Shown here: positions 1 through 13,538 of the stretch, in pieces
How the letters are laid out: the number at the start of each line of letters is the position of its first letter
Position numbering within the stretch: the first letter of the stretch is position 1
Origin: Octopus bimaculoides
Taxonomy: Eukaryota
Direction: 5' to 3'
DNA length: 64,000 nt
Assembly: GCF_001194135.2 (NCBI RefSeq)
Contig: NC_068991.1
Coordinates: 74,053,779-74,117,778 of the forward strand
Made by a program: the position numbers and the translations under genes
Notes under the pieces: model-generated
The model's input: only the letters and a program-made list of their open reading frames with translations
Databases searched by the model: none
Told to the model about the DNA's origin: nothing

Positions 1-219
1 TGGTGGTGGTGGGGGTACAAGAACTGACACACAAACATACACATATACATACGATAGGCTTCGGCTTCTTTCAGTTTCCGTCTACCAAATCCACTCACAA
101 AGCTTTGTCGGCCCGAGGCTATAGTAGAAGACACTTGCCCAAGGTGCCACACAGTAGGACTGAACTCAGAACCATGTGGTTGGTAAGCAAGCTACTTACC
201 ACACAGCCACTCCTGCACC
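1..219 (-). mobile_element. tRNA-derived octopus SINE, family A (5' part)
   Basis: Reverse complement begins ggtgcaggagtggctgtgtggtaagtagcttgcttaccaaccacatggttctgagttcagtcc (Pol III A- and B-box-like), then caccttgggcaagtgtcttc. Confidence 0.85.
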
Positions 220-1077
220 TATTGGTTAAGTTCATTTCATAACCATGTGGTTTTGGGTTCAGTCCCACTCTATGGAATGAATGGAAGGCGGACGTTAAAC
301 GGTGATGATATCTATGTGTTTATTTAGTTTACATTTGTGCTTCTCTGGACTATGGTTGGTATCATTGTTGTCATTTCCTCTGACAAGCAAATCATTTACT
401 GGTTCTGTGCTTTCAAGGTTGCATGGGAAAAAAGGCCTTTTTCTTGAGACAGAAAGGGCATCTGGCTGCAAAACTGTTGCCCCAATAATAGATTCATGTA
501 ACCTTTGCTAGCATAGCAAATCATGTGAAATTGAACAAAAAAAAATTTTATTTTTGAATTTGTAGGATGTTAGCTAATTTAAGCTCCTATGTAAAATGTT
601 TTCTTTTTGAGCTTAAAAACTCGGATATTTTTCTGTTCTTTGCAACAGGATAATGCTATTATAGTCAGTTCTTTTGGCCAAAAATAGTCTGTTCTTCTTG
701 GTGATAAATATTGAATCATTAACTTGAGCAATAATGCAATTGTTGGTAATTGGAATTAATTAGAATTAGCAGTATTAGTGATAATTATTTTTACACAATT
801 TCTTGTGAATTTGGTTTTGGAAAGTTCAATTAAAAAATAAAGTGGAATTCTTTGAGAGATCTGAATTAATTACAGAACGCTTTGTTCGTTTGATTAAGAT
901 GTTCAGAGCAGCCAATTTGTATTAAATTGGCAGTGTCTTCAGAATGTTAATTGTAGGTTGTTGCTTTGTCCCTTCATTTATCTATCTATTTTTGTTTCTG
1001 AAGTCACACTTTTCAATCATGGTTTGTGTGTGTGGCCACAAAGAATGGTTTCTCCAGCATTCTGTATCTTCTATCGT

Positions 1078-1437
1078 TTACTTGCTTCAGTCATTAGACT
1101 GCGACCATGCTGGGGCACTGACTTGAAGGGTTTAGTTGAATAAATTGACTCCCAGTGCATTTTTTAAAAAAAATCTGGTACTTTTTAAAATTTTTGCCAA
1201 ACCACTAAATTACAAGGATATAAACAAACCAACAGCAGTTGTCAAGTGATTGCAGGGGATACAAGCATACACACGTATAAGCTTCTTTCAGTTTCCGCCT
1301 ATCAAATCCACTCACTAGGCTTTGGCTGACTGGGCGCTACAGTAGAAGACACTTGCCCCAGGTTCCACACAGTGGGACTGAACCCGGAACCGTGTGGTTG
1401 GGGAGCAAACCTCTTACCACACAGCCATGCCTGTGCC
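1078..1437 (-). mobile_element. SINE family A
   Basis: Same head and tail motifs (cagtcatt...ccatgctgg; cacacagccatgcctg). Confidence 0.8.
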
Positions 1438-1501
1438 CTTGAAAGAATGTTTATTCCTTTATTTGCTTCAACCATTCTGGGGGTTCCAGTCACCCCTCTC
1501 C

Positions 1502-1998
1502 CCCCAGTACTTATTTACTTATTTTAAAGCCCGCTACTTTGTTGGACCATTTTTGTCAAGCTGCTAAGTTAAAAAGACACAAAACAAACCAACACCAGTT
1601 GTCGAATGGCACAGGCCTGACACACACAATTGATCTCACAGTTTCTTTCCATCAAATTCACTTTCAGGCATTGGTCAACATGAGGCTGTAGTCAAAGACA
1701 TTTGCATAACGGGACTGAACTCAAGATCACATGGCTGCAGAGCCAACTCCTTAACCCTTTAGACACCAACCTGCCTGAAACTGTCCTTGGTCCTATGATA
1801 CAAATTTCCCATTTTAAAGTAATGTAATTTAAAATTTCCATAAAAATTTCGTGTTAATTTATGATTCAAACCCCAGTTGAATAATGTTAGGGTTCTTTTA
1901 ATATATATTTTTTTATTTTCAAAATTAATTGAAAAAAAAAAAAAGGGAATGTATTTCACCAGAAAGATGGTAATGAAAGGGTTAAACCACACAACCAT
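1502..1998 (-). mobile_element. Degenerate SINE family A interrupted by a MITE at its TTAA
   Basis: SINE head ctccTTAA...TTAAaccacacaaccat is split by the 1751-1985 element. Confidence 0.6.
1751..1985 (+). mobile_element. piggyBac-type MITE, family 1
   Basis: TTAA-ccctttagacacc...ggtaatgaaaggg-TTAA: terminal inverted repeats with a TTAA target duplication. Confidence 0.75.
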
Positions 1999-2057
1999 TT
2001 TTTTTTGTCTCTGTTTGTCTTAGAATTATTTAAAAAAATTCATATCTTTTATTTTAT

Positions 2058-2411
2058 CTTTCACTTGTTTGAGTCATTGGGACACTGCCTTCATGGGGTC
2101 AGTTGAACTAATCGACCCCCTTAGTAACTTTCTAGTTGGGTACTTATTCTATCGTTCTCTTTTACTGAACTGCTAAGTTACGAGGATGTAGACAAACCAA
2201 CACTGGTTGTCAAGTGGTGGTGGTGGTGGGGGGCAAACACATAGACGCACACAAATATGTAACGACAGGCTTCCATACTGCTTCTGTCTACTAGATTCAG
2301 TTTCAAGGCATTGTTGGCCCCAGGCTGTTGTAGAAGATCCTTGCCCAAAGTGCCATGCAGCGGGACTGAACCTGTAACCGCATGGCTGCACCTCACAGCC
2401 ATGCCTGCGCC
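2058..2411 (-). mobile_element. SINE family A
   Basis: Family head (cacagccatgcctgcgcc) and tail motifs. Confidence 0.8.
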
Positions 2412-2450
2412 TAGAAATGATTTTGGTAATAAAAATATTCTAAATACATA

Positions 2451-2822
2451 TCTTTTAACTTGTTTCAGTCATTTGATGTGGCCATGCTGGGGCACCACCT
2501 TGAATTTTTAGTTGGATGAATTGACCCCAGTACCTTTTTTTTTCTTTTGATGTCTGGTATTTATTCTATTGGTCTCTTTTGCCAAACCACTAAGTTACTG
2601 AGATGTAAACACACGAACACCGGCTGTCAAGTGATGAAGGTGGGCACACACACACACACACAATGGGCTTCTTTCAGTTTCTGTCTACCAATTCTGTTCA
2701 CAGCGTTGGTCAGCCTGAGGCTGTAGTAGAAGACACTTGTCTAAGGTGTCACAACAGTGGGTCTGAACCCTGAACCATGAGGTTGGGAAGCAAGCTTCTT
2801 ACCACGCAGCTATACTTGCACC
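2451..2822 (-). mobile_element. SINE family A
   Basis: Family head and tail motifs. Confidence 0.8.
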
Positions 2823-2931
<109 letters not shown>

Positions 2932-3554
2932 ATAAAAATAAATTCAAGAAAGAAGAAACACGTCATATGTAAAATACTTGGATAAGACACTGAAAACATT
3001 TGAGGGAGTGTGTGTATTGTGTCTAATGTTACTGAAATTGGAGCACACAACACTAGTAGTTTCGTGTTGACTTTATCTGTTTTTATATATTTATTTTATT
3101 TGCTTCTGTGTTGATGGGGGCGGGGGTGGAATTGGCCATTTTCGTTCTGAAATGTAATGAATAGTCTGTAATAATACTTTTAGGTAGCGTCTGTCTCTTT
3201 CTCTTCTTCTCTTTGTAGTTTTACTTTCTGTTTCAATAATTGACATAAGAATGGGTTTTCAAATTTATGTCACAGTCTGTCTGTTCTGCATTGGTAGTAG
3301 TGATGATGATGATGATGATGTTTTGAGGGTGGGTGTGGATTTGATTCGTTAATTATTGGAAGATTTTTCTGTTAATATAAAAAGTTCCAAGAAAAATGTT
3401 TCTTTCGGAGTGACGCCGGTGGCGGCGGTTGTAATATTGCAGTCTTTGACTTTAACAAGTTTATATGAAAGGGTGTTTAACAAAAGCAGTGTGGTGTCTG
3501 TGTGTGTATATATATATAAAATTATTTTTGTATGCATCCATGTGTGTATGTGTG

Positions 3555-3589
3555 AGATCGGAAGAGCGNNNNNNNNNNNNNNNNNNNNN
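3555..3589 (+). other. Illumina adapter remnant plus 21-N gap (assembly artefact)
   Basis: AGATCGGAAGAGCG at 3555-3568 directly abuts N 3569-3589. Confidence 0.95.
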
Positions 3590-3636
<47 letters not shown>

Positions 3637-3681
3637 GTGTGTGTGTGTGTATATATATATACATATGTTTATATATATGTT

Positions 3682-3735
<54 letters not shown>

Positions 3736-3795
3736 AACACACACATACGTATGTTTATATATATGTATATACTTGTGTGTTTATATATGTATATA
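3590..3795. repeat. Compound (TA)n/(TG)n/(CA)n microsatellite; similar tracts at 5935-6090, 14694-14801, 15320-15362, 16575-16610, 18890-18940, 21300-21610, 23320-23385, 43525-43580, 44140-44197, 44675-44780, 49220-49500, 51976-52036 and 60586-60640
   Basis: Direct reading; these tracts explain most of the ORF-track entries. Confidence 0.9.
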
Positions 3796-4399
3796 AAAGA
3801 ACAGTTTTAGTGCTGTTCTGCCAGCCACAACATGATGAGGTTTTCTGCAATTATCTATTGATTATTTACCAGTTCGAATATGATCAATAGAGTGGATAAA
3901 AAAAAAAATGAAAAGCAAATAAAAAAAAAAGAAAGAAAAAAAAACGGAAGAGAAAAGAAAACCCCCTTGTTGTGGCGAATAGTTTCTATCTCTTTTATTC
4001 TTCAGCATTTGTAGTGTATTTGTTTGTTTTTTATTGTTGTTTTAGTGGTTCTGTCTAACGAGAAGTTTATTTAGAATTTCTCTCACATTCAAAGACATTT
4101 GTTTGCAGTGATTGATTCCTTGTTCTCTCTATTCTTTCTTGTTCAACTTCAGCTCTTCTCTCTTACGTGTTTATTTTACTACTCTGTCTTCTTTTGTTGT
4201 CAATCTATATTCATTTTCCTTTATAATAATAATAATAATAACAATAAATGGTTCCGCCTTTTAAACTTGTGCTGTTTCAAGTTACGTTCAACTTTTATTT
4301 AAATTTCCTCACAAAAAGCTGCAGCGGCTGTAATTTTGCGGGGTTAATTTTAGCATTTTAATCTCAAAATTTTGATACGTAAGATTTGGCAACGTAACT

Positions 4400-4794
4400 C
4401 ATTTCTTTTCACTCCTGTAGATAGACTCTAGCAAACTTTATCCCTATCCTATCCTTTTTTTTCTTCATTTCTGTACCCTTCCCCCCCCCCTGCTCCTCCC
4501 ATTTTATTATAGATACACTCTCTGTATACTTTTGGCTAGATTCCAAGTTTTCTTGTGGAACGCCATGGTAAAGAATCGTGGTTGTCTCTCTCTCCCTGCT
4601 TCCCCCCTTCTCTCTCTTTCTCTTCCTTCTCAGTGTGCATTAGCTCATATTTAATGCTACCGTTGCCGTCGTCGTCGTTGCTGCTGCTGCCGCTGCTACT
4701 GCTGCTGATACAACAACAGCTTTCTTTAGTTTAAGTCAGTTTTTCACTTCAGCCTTCGTGCTTTCTGCTTTCCGTAACAATTATTTTGCCAGTC
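4400..4794 (+). promoter_or_regulatory. Putative promoter / 5' UTR leader
   Basis: Repeat-free, CT-rich tract plus (GTC)n/(GCT)n and retained CpGs, upstream of the donor at 4891. Confidence 0.4.
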
Positions 4795-4890
4795 ATGTGC
4801 TGTTGCCTACCCCTCAATTTACCATGTGCGAATAGGGAAAATACTCACATGACAAAAAATACCCATGCAGCCAGAAAGTTTCAGAAACAG
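4795..4890 (+). CDS. Candidate SRPK first-exon 3' end: phase-2 start MQPESFRN-R (ATG 4865), overlapped by a phase-0 ORF MCCCLPLNLPCANRENTHMTKNTHAARKFQKQ (ATG 4795)
   Basis: Strong donor CAG|gtatgc at 4891 after a CT-rich and GCT-rich leader (~4400-4790). Only the ATG at 4865 is in phase with the SRPK exons. Confidence 0.35.
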
Positions 4891-4942
4891 GTATGCACCC
4901 CCCACCTTACCTTCATTTCATATCCCTCACTCTCTCTCTCTT

Positions 4943-4982
<40 letters not shown>

Positions 4983-5940
4983 CTTCTTTCTCTGTCTCGC
5001 ACCCCCCTTGATGTGTGCCTTCCTGTATGTGTTGTATATTTTGTTTCATTATCAAGGTCCAGCTGAATATCCTTTGATGTTGGAATATTTCTCTTTTTTT
5101 TTTAATTCTTCTTTTTCCCCCTTCATCACTTTAATGAAAATACTTCCAAATTTTGCAAAAAGTTTGTGGTATTCTTTTATTCTTTCAATTTTGGAGAGAT
5201 TTAATTTCGTTTTCTGTGTTTTCTCATAAATTACTTTGGTTCATTCAAATTTAACCAATTTACAAATCTTTCTGTAAATTCTTTACAGTTTTCTTTCAAG
5301 TATTTAAAAAAAAAAATCAAGATTCACAGAATTTTATCTGAACTTTTTATTTTTTTTTATTTCAATATTTGTCGTTGCAAAGAAATTGTAAAGTTGGTAC
5401 ACACACACACACACAGACAAAACGAGTCTAGGATGTATATACAGTAGCTTGTTTGGTACCTTCTTAGTTCCTGACTTGAAATTCCACGGAGGATGACTTT
5501 ACTGTTCATCCCCAGAGACTGATAAAACAAGAACTAATAATACTGGAGCCAAGTCGAAAGAATATACACCTTTCACAAGAAAACTGCTTTGTGCCTACGA
5601 AAGGAATCACTTGTCATGGTAAATTTCCTTGTGGAAACGTTTTAGACTTGGCCTTGCAAACATTCTTCATTTCTAAGAGTCAGCCGCCCATCCGTCCAAG
5701 AAATGTATGTGTTTCTTAGTATTGATTTTAATTATGTGAAGCTTTGCTCTGTATGTATATGTTATTTGCATCCTTTCTTGTCAGCATTTCTTGTATTTTC
5801 AAACATATCTTTTGGGTTAAAATAATAATAATAATAATAATAATAATCTCTTTGTTTCACATAAACTCTCTTATATGTAAATACACATGTGCACACATAC
5901 ATTTCCATGTTTATATATACAATTGTTTGTGTCTGTGTGT

Positions 5941-5991
<51 letters not shown>

Positions 5992-7794
5992 TATACACGT
6001 GTGTATATACATGCATACATATATGTATATACATATAAACATTTATATACATGTGTATATATAAACGCACGCACACACACACACACACACATGTATGCAG
6101 AAAGAATTCTTGTACACTTATTGAAACAGCTTAATTCTAGTTTTATCTTTCAAGATTTTTATTTATTCATTTAATTTGTATTTCCATGAGTTCCTTGCAG
6201 TTTGTTTGGAACTGTAAAAATTCCTAAATCCATCGTTATTTCTAGTTCTTCATAACCTCGTCTTTACTTTACACACATGCATATTATACATAGATATAAG
6301 CACATACACACTCTCTCTCTCTTTCTCTCTCCAAACTCAATGCAAGAACAATCTATCTTCTCATTAAAAGGCGGGCAAGATTGATTGGAACTCTTGTTCG
6401 TTGTTTTCCATGGAAGTTATTTTTAAAAGGAATGACGATGAGCCAAACTGGATTGGTATCTATTTTTGCTTCCGTTTTCCTCTCCCACATCTACAGACAA
6501 ACACTAACACTGCCACATTGAATTGGAGTTAATTTGGAGGCGGTGTGGTGTATGTGTGAGAGGACAAGCGTTGTTCTGAGTTTCCAAAGATTGATTTACT
6601 AAAAATATAGGCTACAAATTGTTACTTAGATTAATTTGCAGGAATTTGTTTTCTTTTTCCCCTCTCTCTCTCTCTCCTTAATTTTCACAGCAGAATTTTA
6701 AAATTTTTGTCAGTTTTTTTGAAATGATGAATATATTCTTGATATTTTTACTGTTTGCTTGCCATTCTTGATTTAGATGGGGAGGTAGAATTTATAGCTG
6801 TGTGTGTATAATCGTTGTGAATCGTCTGTTAAGATAAGTTGGTAAAACATTTCTTCAGCCCAGGTCTGCTTCCTTGTTAGTTACTGGTTCCACTGCATGC
6901 ACTGTTGGTTTTAGAAATTCTATGAATGTTGCAGGTTGACATTTCTTATCTGAATGTATCTGTACAGAAAGTCTGTATAGATTTCTTTTGGCCCGTGAAC
7001 AGCAAAGTGTAGGCCCTTTCTCCTATCTGAGTTACCTATGGGCATTCTGGCACTTGAACCTTGTAGTGGAAGGTCTTCAGGGTCTTGATTGCCCTGATCA
7101 AAACTTAAATTGCTGCTTCTCTCGTGATATGTGCGTGTGTAGGGGGGGGGGGGGTCACACTTATTTTTTGTTTTTTATTTATATATTTATATATGTCTTT
7201 GTGTAATTTATGTTGATTTACCAATTCTTTAATGACTGGATATATATTTGTATATCCCACCCTTCAGTTTTATATAAACCCTGTCTGTACATCCCCTTAT
7301 ATGCCTGCCATTCCACTTTAATAATTGTATTTATAAATGGGCCCATGTTACAAATTATAGAATTAAATTAGTAGGTTCTTCTCACCCCTGTGCCATCCCA
7401 CCGCCACTTATGGCTTATGGTATTTAGTTATATCTTTTTATGATTGAAATCTGTTTTTCTGTTCCTCCCTCTAGTCAATTATTGAATTCAATAAAATCAA
7501 TTACTCCCCCCCCCCTTCCTTTCCAAACTTTATGAGCCCCGCATTATTTGTGGTTAATGTTAGCAAAAATAAGTGTTGATCTTTAAGTGCCTCATTTAGT
7601 TCCAGTTCTCCGCTATGCTCTTACAGTCAAACCAATGTCATTGTTTGACTTTGTCTTTCGTCCCTCTACGATCTGACGAATTGTACGCGGATTGATTCTC
7701 TGATCTACTGATAAATTAATTAACAATATTACAATTAAATAATATTAATATATTATTATTATTATAAGCTTCTTTCGTACTATGGAAGTGTTGT

Positions 7795-7916
7795 GTTCCT
7801 GAAAATTTTGGTGTCGCATTCTGTAATGCGAAACTTATTTTTCTCCCGTGTTACATAACATGAAAAATAGGTTTTGCATTACAGAATTCCACATAACGGT
7901 AGGATTTTCAGGAATG
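7795..7916. mobile_element. Palindromic MITE-like element
   Basis: Inner arms attctgtaatgcgaaacttatttttc (7818-7843) and gaaaaataggttttgcattacagaat (7862-7887); outer arms ttcctgaaaat and attttcaggaa. Confidence 0.5.
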
Positions 7917-8081
7917 CAATTTCTGTGTAATGTGGAGCATGTCTGTTTTATTAGGATATAACAAGTACCTGTGAGACACTGATGTCAATTCAACTGGCTT
8001 CATTCCATATTTATTGAATGAAGTAGGAAACAAACCATGTTACTTTCAAGATGTTAAAAGCCTAATTTAACTGTGAGACTA

Positions 8082-8233
8082 AGTGCAGGGATGGCCGTGT
8101 GGTTAAGTAGTTTGCTTAACAACCAAATGGCTTCGGGTTCAGCCCCACTGCTTTGGGGCAAGTGTCTTCTACTATTGCCCCAAGCTGACCACTGCTTTGT
8201 GAATATGATTGATGGAAACTGTATTAAGCCCAT

Positions 8234-8267
<34 letters not shown>
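8082..8267 (+). mobile_element. SINE family A (5' half)
   Basis: gtgcagggatggccgtgtggttaagtagtttgc...ggttcagcccc...ggggcaagtgtcttc. Confidence 0.75.
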
Positions 8268-8787
8268 ATTTGTGTGTGTGTGAATGTAAGGAACTAATTG
8301 ATGCTTTAGGGCAGAAAGGGTTCCCAGAACCCATTCCTGTATTTTACAGCCAATTTTGACAGGACATTAAATGAAATAAAATTTGTTTTAAATAGAATTT
8401 ATTCATAAAAGATACATAATTTCATAACCTATCGTTTTGAAAATGGTGACTCCCCCTCCCCGAATTTGTTTTCCACCATACCCTGAAGTTCCTTGGAACC
8501 TATTTTGAGGATCACTACTTAAGGCTATCCTTCTTCAATACTGATTTTCTAGTTCCAAGAGGGTTAAGTTTATTCCTTAGCTTTTTTAAAGTTAGTTTAA
8601 CCCCTTTTTGTTATCATATTTCTGTTGAAAAAAAAAAAGCTTTTGCTTCAATTAATTCTTAAAATAATGAAAAATGTACTAAAATAACTTGTTTGATGCC
8701 TAGAACATAAACTGACCTATATTTTGGTGGACAGTTTAATTTAAGTTAGCATCATAGAGCTAAATGGCATTTTCAGGCTGGTTGACA

Positions 8788-8968
8788 CATCATCATCGTT
8801 TAATATCTCTTCTTATGGGTTGAACGATTTGACATGGAGCTGGGCCGCAGGGAGCTGTCCAGACTCCACCTATCTGTTGTGGCATGGTTTCAATGGCTGG
8901 ATGCCCTTCCTAACACCAACCACTTAACAGTGTGTGCTGGGTGCTTTTTAGGTGGCACCGGCACCTGC
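8788..8968 (-). mobile_element. RTE-tail-bearing repeat; related copies near 10085-10320, 10610-10745, 12140-12265, 16830-17170, 23440-23610, 26038-26268 and 45712-45870
   Basis: Shared motifs ggctggatgcccttcctaacgccaaccac and ccatgccagcatggaa...gatgatg. Confidence 0.6.
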
Positions 8969-11900
8969 AAAAGGACAAGCCTGGATGTGTGGAAGATGGG
9001 TTTTACTTAGCTTGAAAATCGCTGTCTTCCACGCTTGGTTAACCAACCTTGCTTACCTTGTGCAATGCATGCAACAAGCCATATTCCTTTGAACCTTCTA
9101 CTGTAGATGTGACCCACAGGGATGAATATGGAGTGGGAACTACAAGACCACATTTAAGGTTTTATTGTCTATATTCGTCCTGTATAGCATAGATTACTTG
9201 CTAAAGCTTTTATTCTGTTTTTTTTTTTTGTTTCTTTAACCCTTTTGAGGTCCACTTGCCTGAGACTGTTCCTAGTTCTGTAATTTTGTCATGCAGTCTT
9301 CTCATTTTAAGTGATCTAAATTAAAATCATTCAATTTTGTTATATTTTAAACACCGGCTTAATGATGTCTGCTAATTTTACCAAATTTCTCAATATTTTC
9401 AAAATTACGTGATGCCAAGGCAATGATTTTCAGAAGTGTGGTAAAGAAAGGGCTAATACCATCATGTAATTGATATTAATCAATATATTGATAATGGCTG
9501 TGATTGCAAAGAAGGCAAAGAACCAAACTAGAGGCTTAAGGGCAGCAGTTCCTGAACTTATTTTGGTATGGAACTCATTATATGATTTTTCCATAAAATG
9601 AGGAATCCATACCAGTATTTTCGACGCCATCCCTGCCACCTTCTTCTAGTAAACCGTCAAATGTCTTATTAGTTCCTTCTCTGACATTTTTTCTCTCTCT
9701 TCTCTTTAGAATACTTTGAACTTTCTTCTACAGATCTCTTTATATAGAACTTTTAATGAAATAGTTGGAGGTTATTTGTGGTAGCTGACGTGGTTTGGCT
9801 CTTGTTTTCAATATTCTAAATATCAATATTGCAAACCTATAATGAGTTAGCGTCAGAAAGCTGGCAATTTTGCAGCACCTTTTAAATCGCTGACAGCGAC
9901 ACTCCAGGGTGCCATAGCTTCAACTGGGGAGTGGGTGGGGAGTTTTAACCTTTAAAAGTAATGGCTGCATGGTTAACAAAGAAGTTCACTTTTTAACCAC
10001 ATGGTACTTTGGGTGTCTTCTACTACAGCTTTGGGTTGACTATTGCATTTTGACAGAAACTGTACAGAACCCTGTTGTATCATCATTTTAACATCCACTT
10101 TTCCATGCTTGCATGGGTTGGACAAAGTTTATGCAAGGCAGATTTTCTGCAGCTAAATGTTCTTTTTGTTGCCAACCGTCACCTGTTCTCCCAAGTAAGG
10201 TAATATTTCCCCACCACCAGACATGTCCTTGCAGGAAATGACCGATGCTGCTTGTCTGACAGTGAAGAACCATTTCACAACTATCACATGATGTCAAATC
10301 AAGGAGACACAAATAAACACATACACGACAGGCTTCTTGCAGTTTCTGTCTATCAAATCTAATTGCGAGGCTTTGATCAGCCCAGGGTTACAGTAGAAGA
10401 CATTTGCCCTAGGAACCATTTGGTTGGGAAGCTAACTCGTTACCACACAGCCCCATGCTCGTATATGTATATTTGTGTGTGTCAGTTCCTGTGTTTTTGT
10501 ATTAATACCATTTGGTCTGTTGTGACGTTTGTGTATGCTCACGTAAGCAGTATGCCCCCCCCCCCACCTACTTGGCAGTTTGACCTTCAAAAAATCCAGT
10601 GGAATAAATGAATTTAGTAGTCAACAAGAAAGCATTGGCATCAGGAAGGACATTCCGGTTATAAAAGATTACTCCCAAAAAGTCTTGTCCAACTCATGCC
10701 AGCATGGAAAAAATGCAGCCATAAAATGGTGATGATGATGATGACGGTGTTTAATAAACCAGTTCTTCTACATTGAATTTCTTTTTTCGACAGTAACTTT
10801 TTTTTTTATCGATAAAAAGGGGTCTTTTGATTTCTTCTTTTAAGCATTATACAATTGATGCTATTACCATCTTCCATCTTCTCGTTTCTAACGTTATATA
10901 CAAATAAAGAGGAAAGAATGTTTCATCTGTTATGCATGGAGATCAAATATATTTGCTTTCAGACATTACATTGTGTTGAGATAGGTTTGAAATGTAGAAA
11001 GCAATCTCATGTGTTATCATTCTTTATTTCCACTGCCTGGGACGATTTCTCTTTGATGGTGTTGCAACAGTGTATGCGTTTGGTTTTGCGTTAATGGTTC
11101 ATTCCAAACCTTGGGAGCGATATAGATTTGAATTGAGAGGCAGCGATATTAAGTTATAAATATCTTCTCTCCTCCACTCTACTTGTGGATTATTTTATGA
11201 GAAATCTATAAATCAGGACTGCCAAATATAAAAGTACTGATCAATTTATTCTTGCCATTTTGTTTTTCTGTTCCAAATTGTAGGAAAAGTATTATCCAAA
11301 ATGGCTTACTTTTATACATAGTTAAAACCGTTTTTTTTTTTAAAGTTTTTTCTTTTTATTTTAAAATTTTCTTTGTGAATTTGTTCTTCAAGCGTTTGGG
11401 AATTATAATAAAATGATTAGCTGAAAAAAGCCTGGATAACGTTTTAGATTCCTAGCATTAATGATAAAATATTTGAATATTTCTGCAGACCATATTTTGA
11501 ATTTATTTCTCTTGTGAATTTAATTCTGAACAATTATACAGCAAGGAAGAACGGATGGAACTGAACTAAGGCTTTTTTTTTTTATGTAGGGTGGAATGTA
11601 TAATTGGGGTTTATTCATGTTTTGAAATATTCCATATGATCACCCAATAGTTTAGTAACCTTCATACTTTTTGGATGCCAACTGTCCAATTATGACTTAT
11701 CTGTTTATATTTTCAAACTGTTGGGATGGGTTTGTAGTTAAGAAGTTTGCCCCTTGACCATGTGGCTTTGGGCTCAGTCCCACTATGAAGTGCCATGCAC
11801 AGATGTCTTCTAAAGCTTTTGGACTGACCAGTGCCTTGTTTGGGAATTTAGTAGACAGAAAGAGAAAGAAGCTCAGCTCTGGAGGAGGTAGACCATAATT

Positions 11901-13314
11901 GGTGAGGCCATTGTAGCTGGGCTGCAGTCAGTGATGCATGTTAACGTTTCCTGTCAGTGTATCTGGTGTCTCTGCCATTTCATATTCCTCTGGAATAAAT
12001 TTGAAAAAACCCTTTACTTAAAAACAGGTAATGGTTGGCAACAGGAAGAGCATCTGCTTATAAAAATCCTGCCTCTAATACCCCCCCCCCCGTCTAACCC
12101 ATTCTATATGAATAAACAGATATTAAACTTTTCCTATAGTTAAGGGCATCCAGCTGTAGAAACCATGCCAAAGTAGACAGAACTTAGCACAGTCTTCTGA
12201 CTCACCAGCTCCTGTCAAACTGTCCAACCCATGCCAGCATGGAAAACAGACGTTAATTGATGATGTAATTCATAAGATTCTATGATATGCCAAGATTCTG
12301 ACTTGAGTCATTTTCTCTCTCTCACGTCTTCAGAAGTGTTATGTTTTATTCAATATATTTAGTTGTAATTCTTTTGTTTTGATATTTTTTTCTTTCTTAA
12401 ATATTAAACATTAGATTTTTGGATGTTTTCCGGTTTCTAGTTTTCCCAATTCTAAGCTATTGTTTCAAATTGTTTTCACTTTTTGCAAATTAGTTATCTA
12501 AATATCTAAGATATTTTATTGTTATGATGGTAACTGTTTTTAATTTTTTACTTCATTCTACCAAGATGGAGTTAAAAGACTTTTCTATATTTACATCGAT
12601 GTAGCTTCAATCAGTTTGATCTCTGATTGTTATCTGGATGTGTATACATTGTATATCAGACTGAATTCCAACAAGGAACCATTATTTCTAAACTGAAGAT
12701 AATAATAGCATTCTTATCCAACAGGCTGATGTACTCATGTGCTAGCGTCCATTATTGTCTTTAGTGTTATTTTTAGCAAATATTTTCAAAGTAGGTTGTT
12801 TTTTTTGTTTTTTTATTGTAGTATTTAGTAGTCTGTAGTTTGTATGTTTAACAATGTTTATCCATGTTTGCATGAGGGATGGGGCAGAAACATATTCAAG
12901 GCAGGATTTTGTGACTGGATATTCTTCCTATTGTCCACCCGTACCTATTTTGGATGGAAGGGAATATTTTGTTTTTTTAATGCCACATATTTGAAAGTGC
13001 AGAATAACCAGTCCTAACAATGTTAATATAGAATGCAAACACCATTCACAATTTTGGCTGAAACAAAGCTATAGAATGTCAAACATTTATGCACATTTCT
13101 GTGCACACGTCTCTATTAACAATAGTCTTGATGCAGCACTCGTAGGGCATTAGTTGGACTGGGACTGTGGGAGAAGACAAAATTGTCCAAGGTGTTGCGC
13201 AGTGGGACCTGGTTCAGAATTGCATGGTTGCAGCTTGAACTTATTAAACATGTAGCCATGTTTGCGACTATGGTCATGTATGTATGTGCGTATGTATGTA
13301 AAAATGTGTACATA

Positions 13315-13538
13315 TGTTACAAGTCTGAGAACTGACACACTTAGACTCCACTGTTCCTTCAGTCATCATCTGGCTGTCTTAAATACGTTATAGAATCGAG
13401 GCCTGCCAAGCATGCGATACAAACCAGTACAAATGATGCAATTTAATTGGCTACTCAACCGAGTAGTGGCTGACCTCTTCCTAAAAGTGGAGACATTTCA
13501 GTATTAACTGGTGTTCCGCCTACTGCACTTGAACATAA
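13315..13538 (+). repeat. Left arm of a long inverted repeat
   Basis: Core 13340-13538 is the reverse complement of 15666-15864, with roughly 7 differences by eye. Confidence 0.9.

Noticed and set aside
4786-5229. 147-aa ORF
   Set aside because: Starts at TTG and reads through the donor at 4891 into a (CT)n tract; only the part up to 4890 is plausibly exonic.
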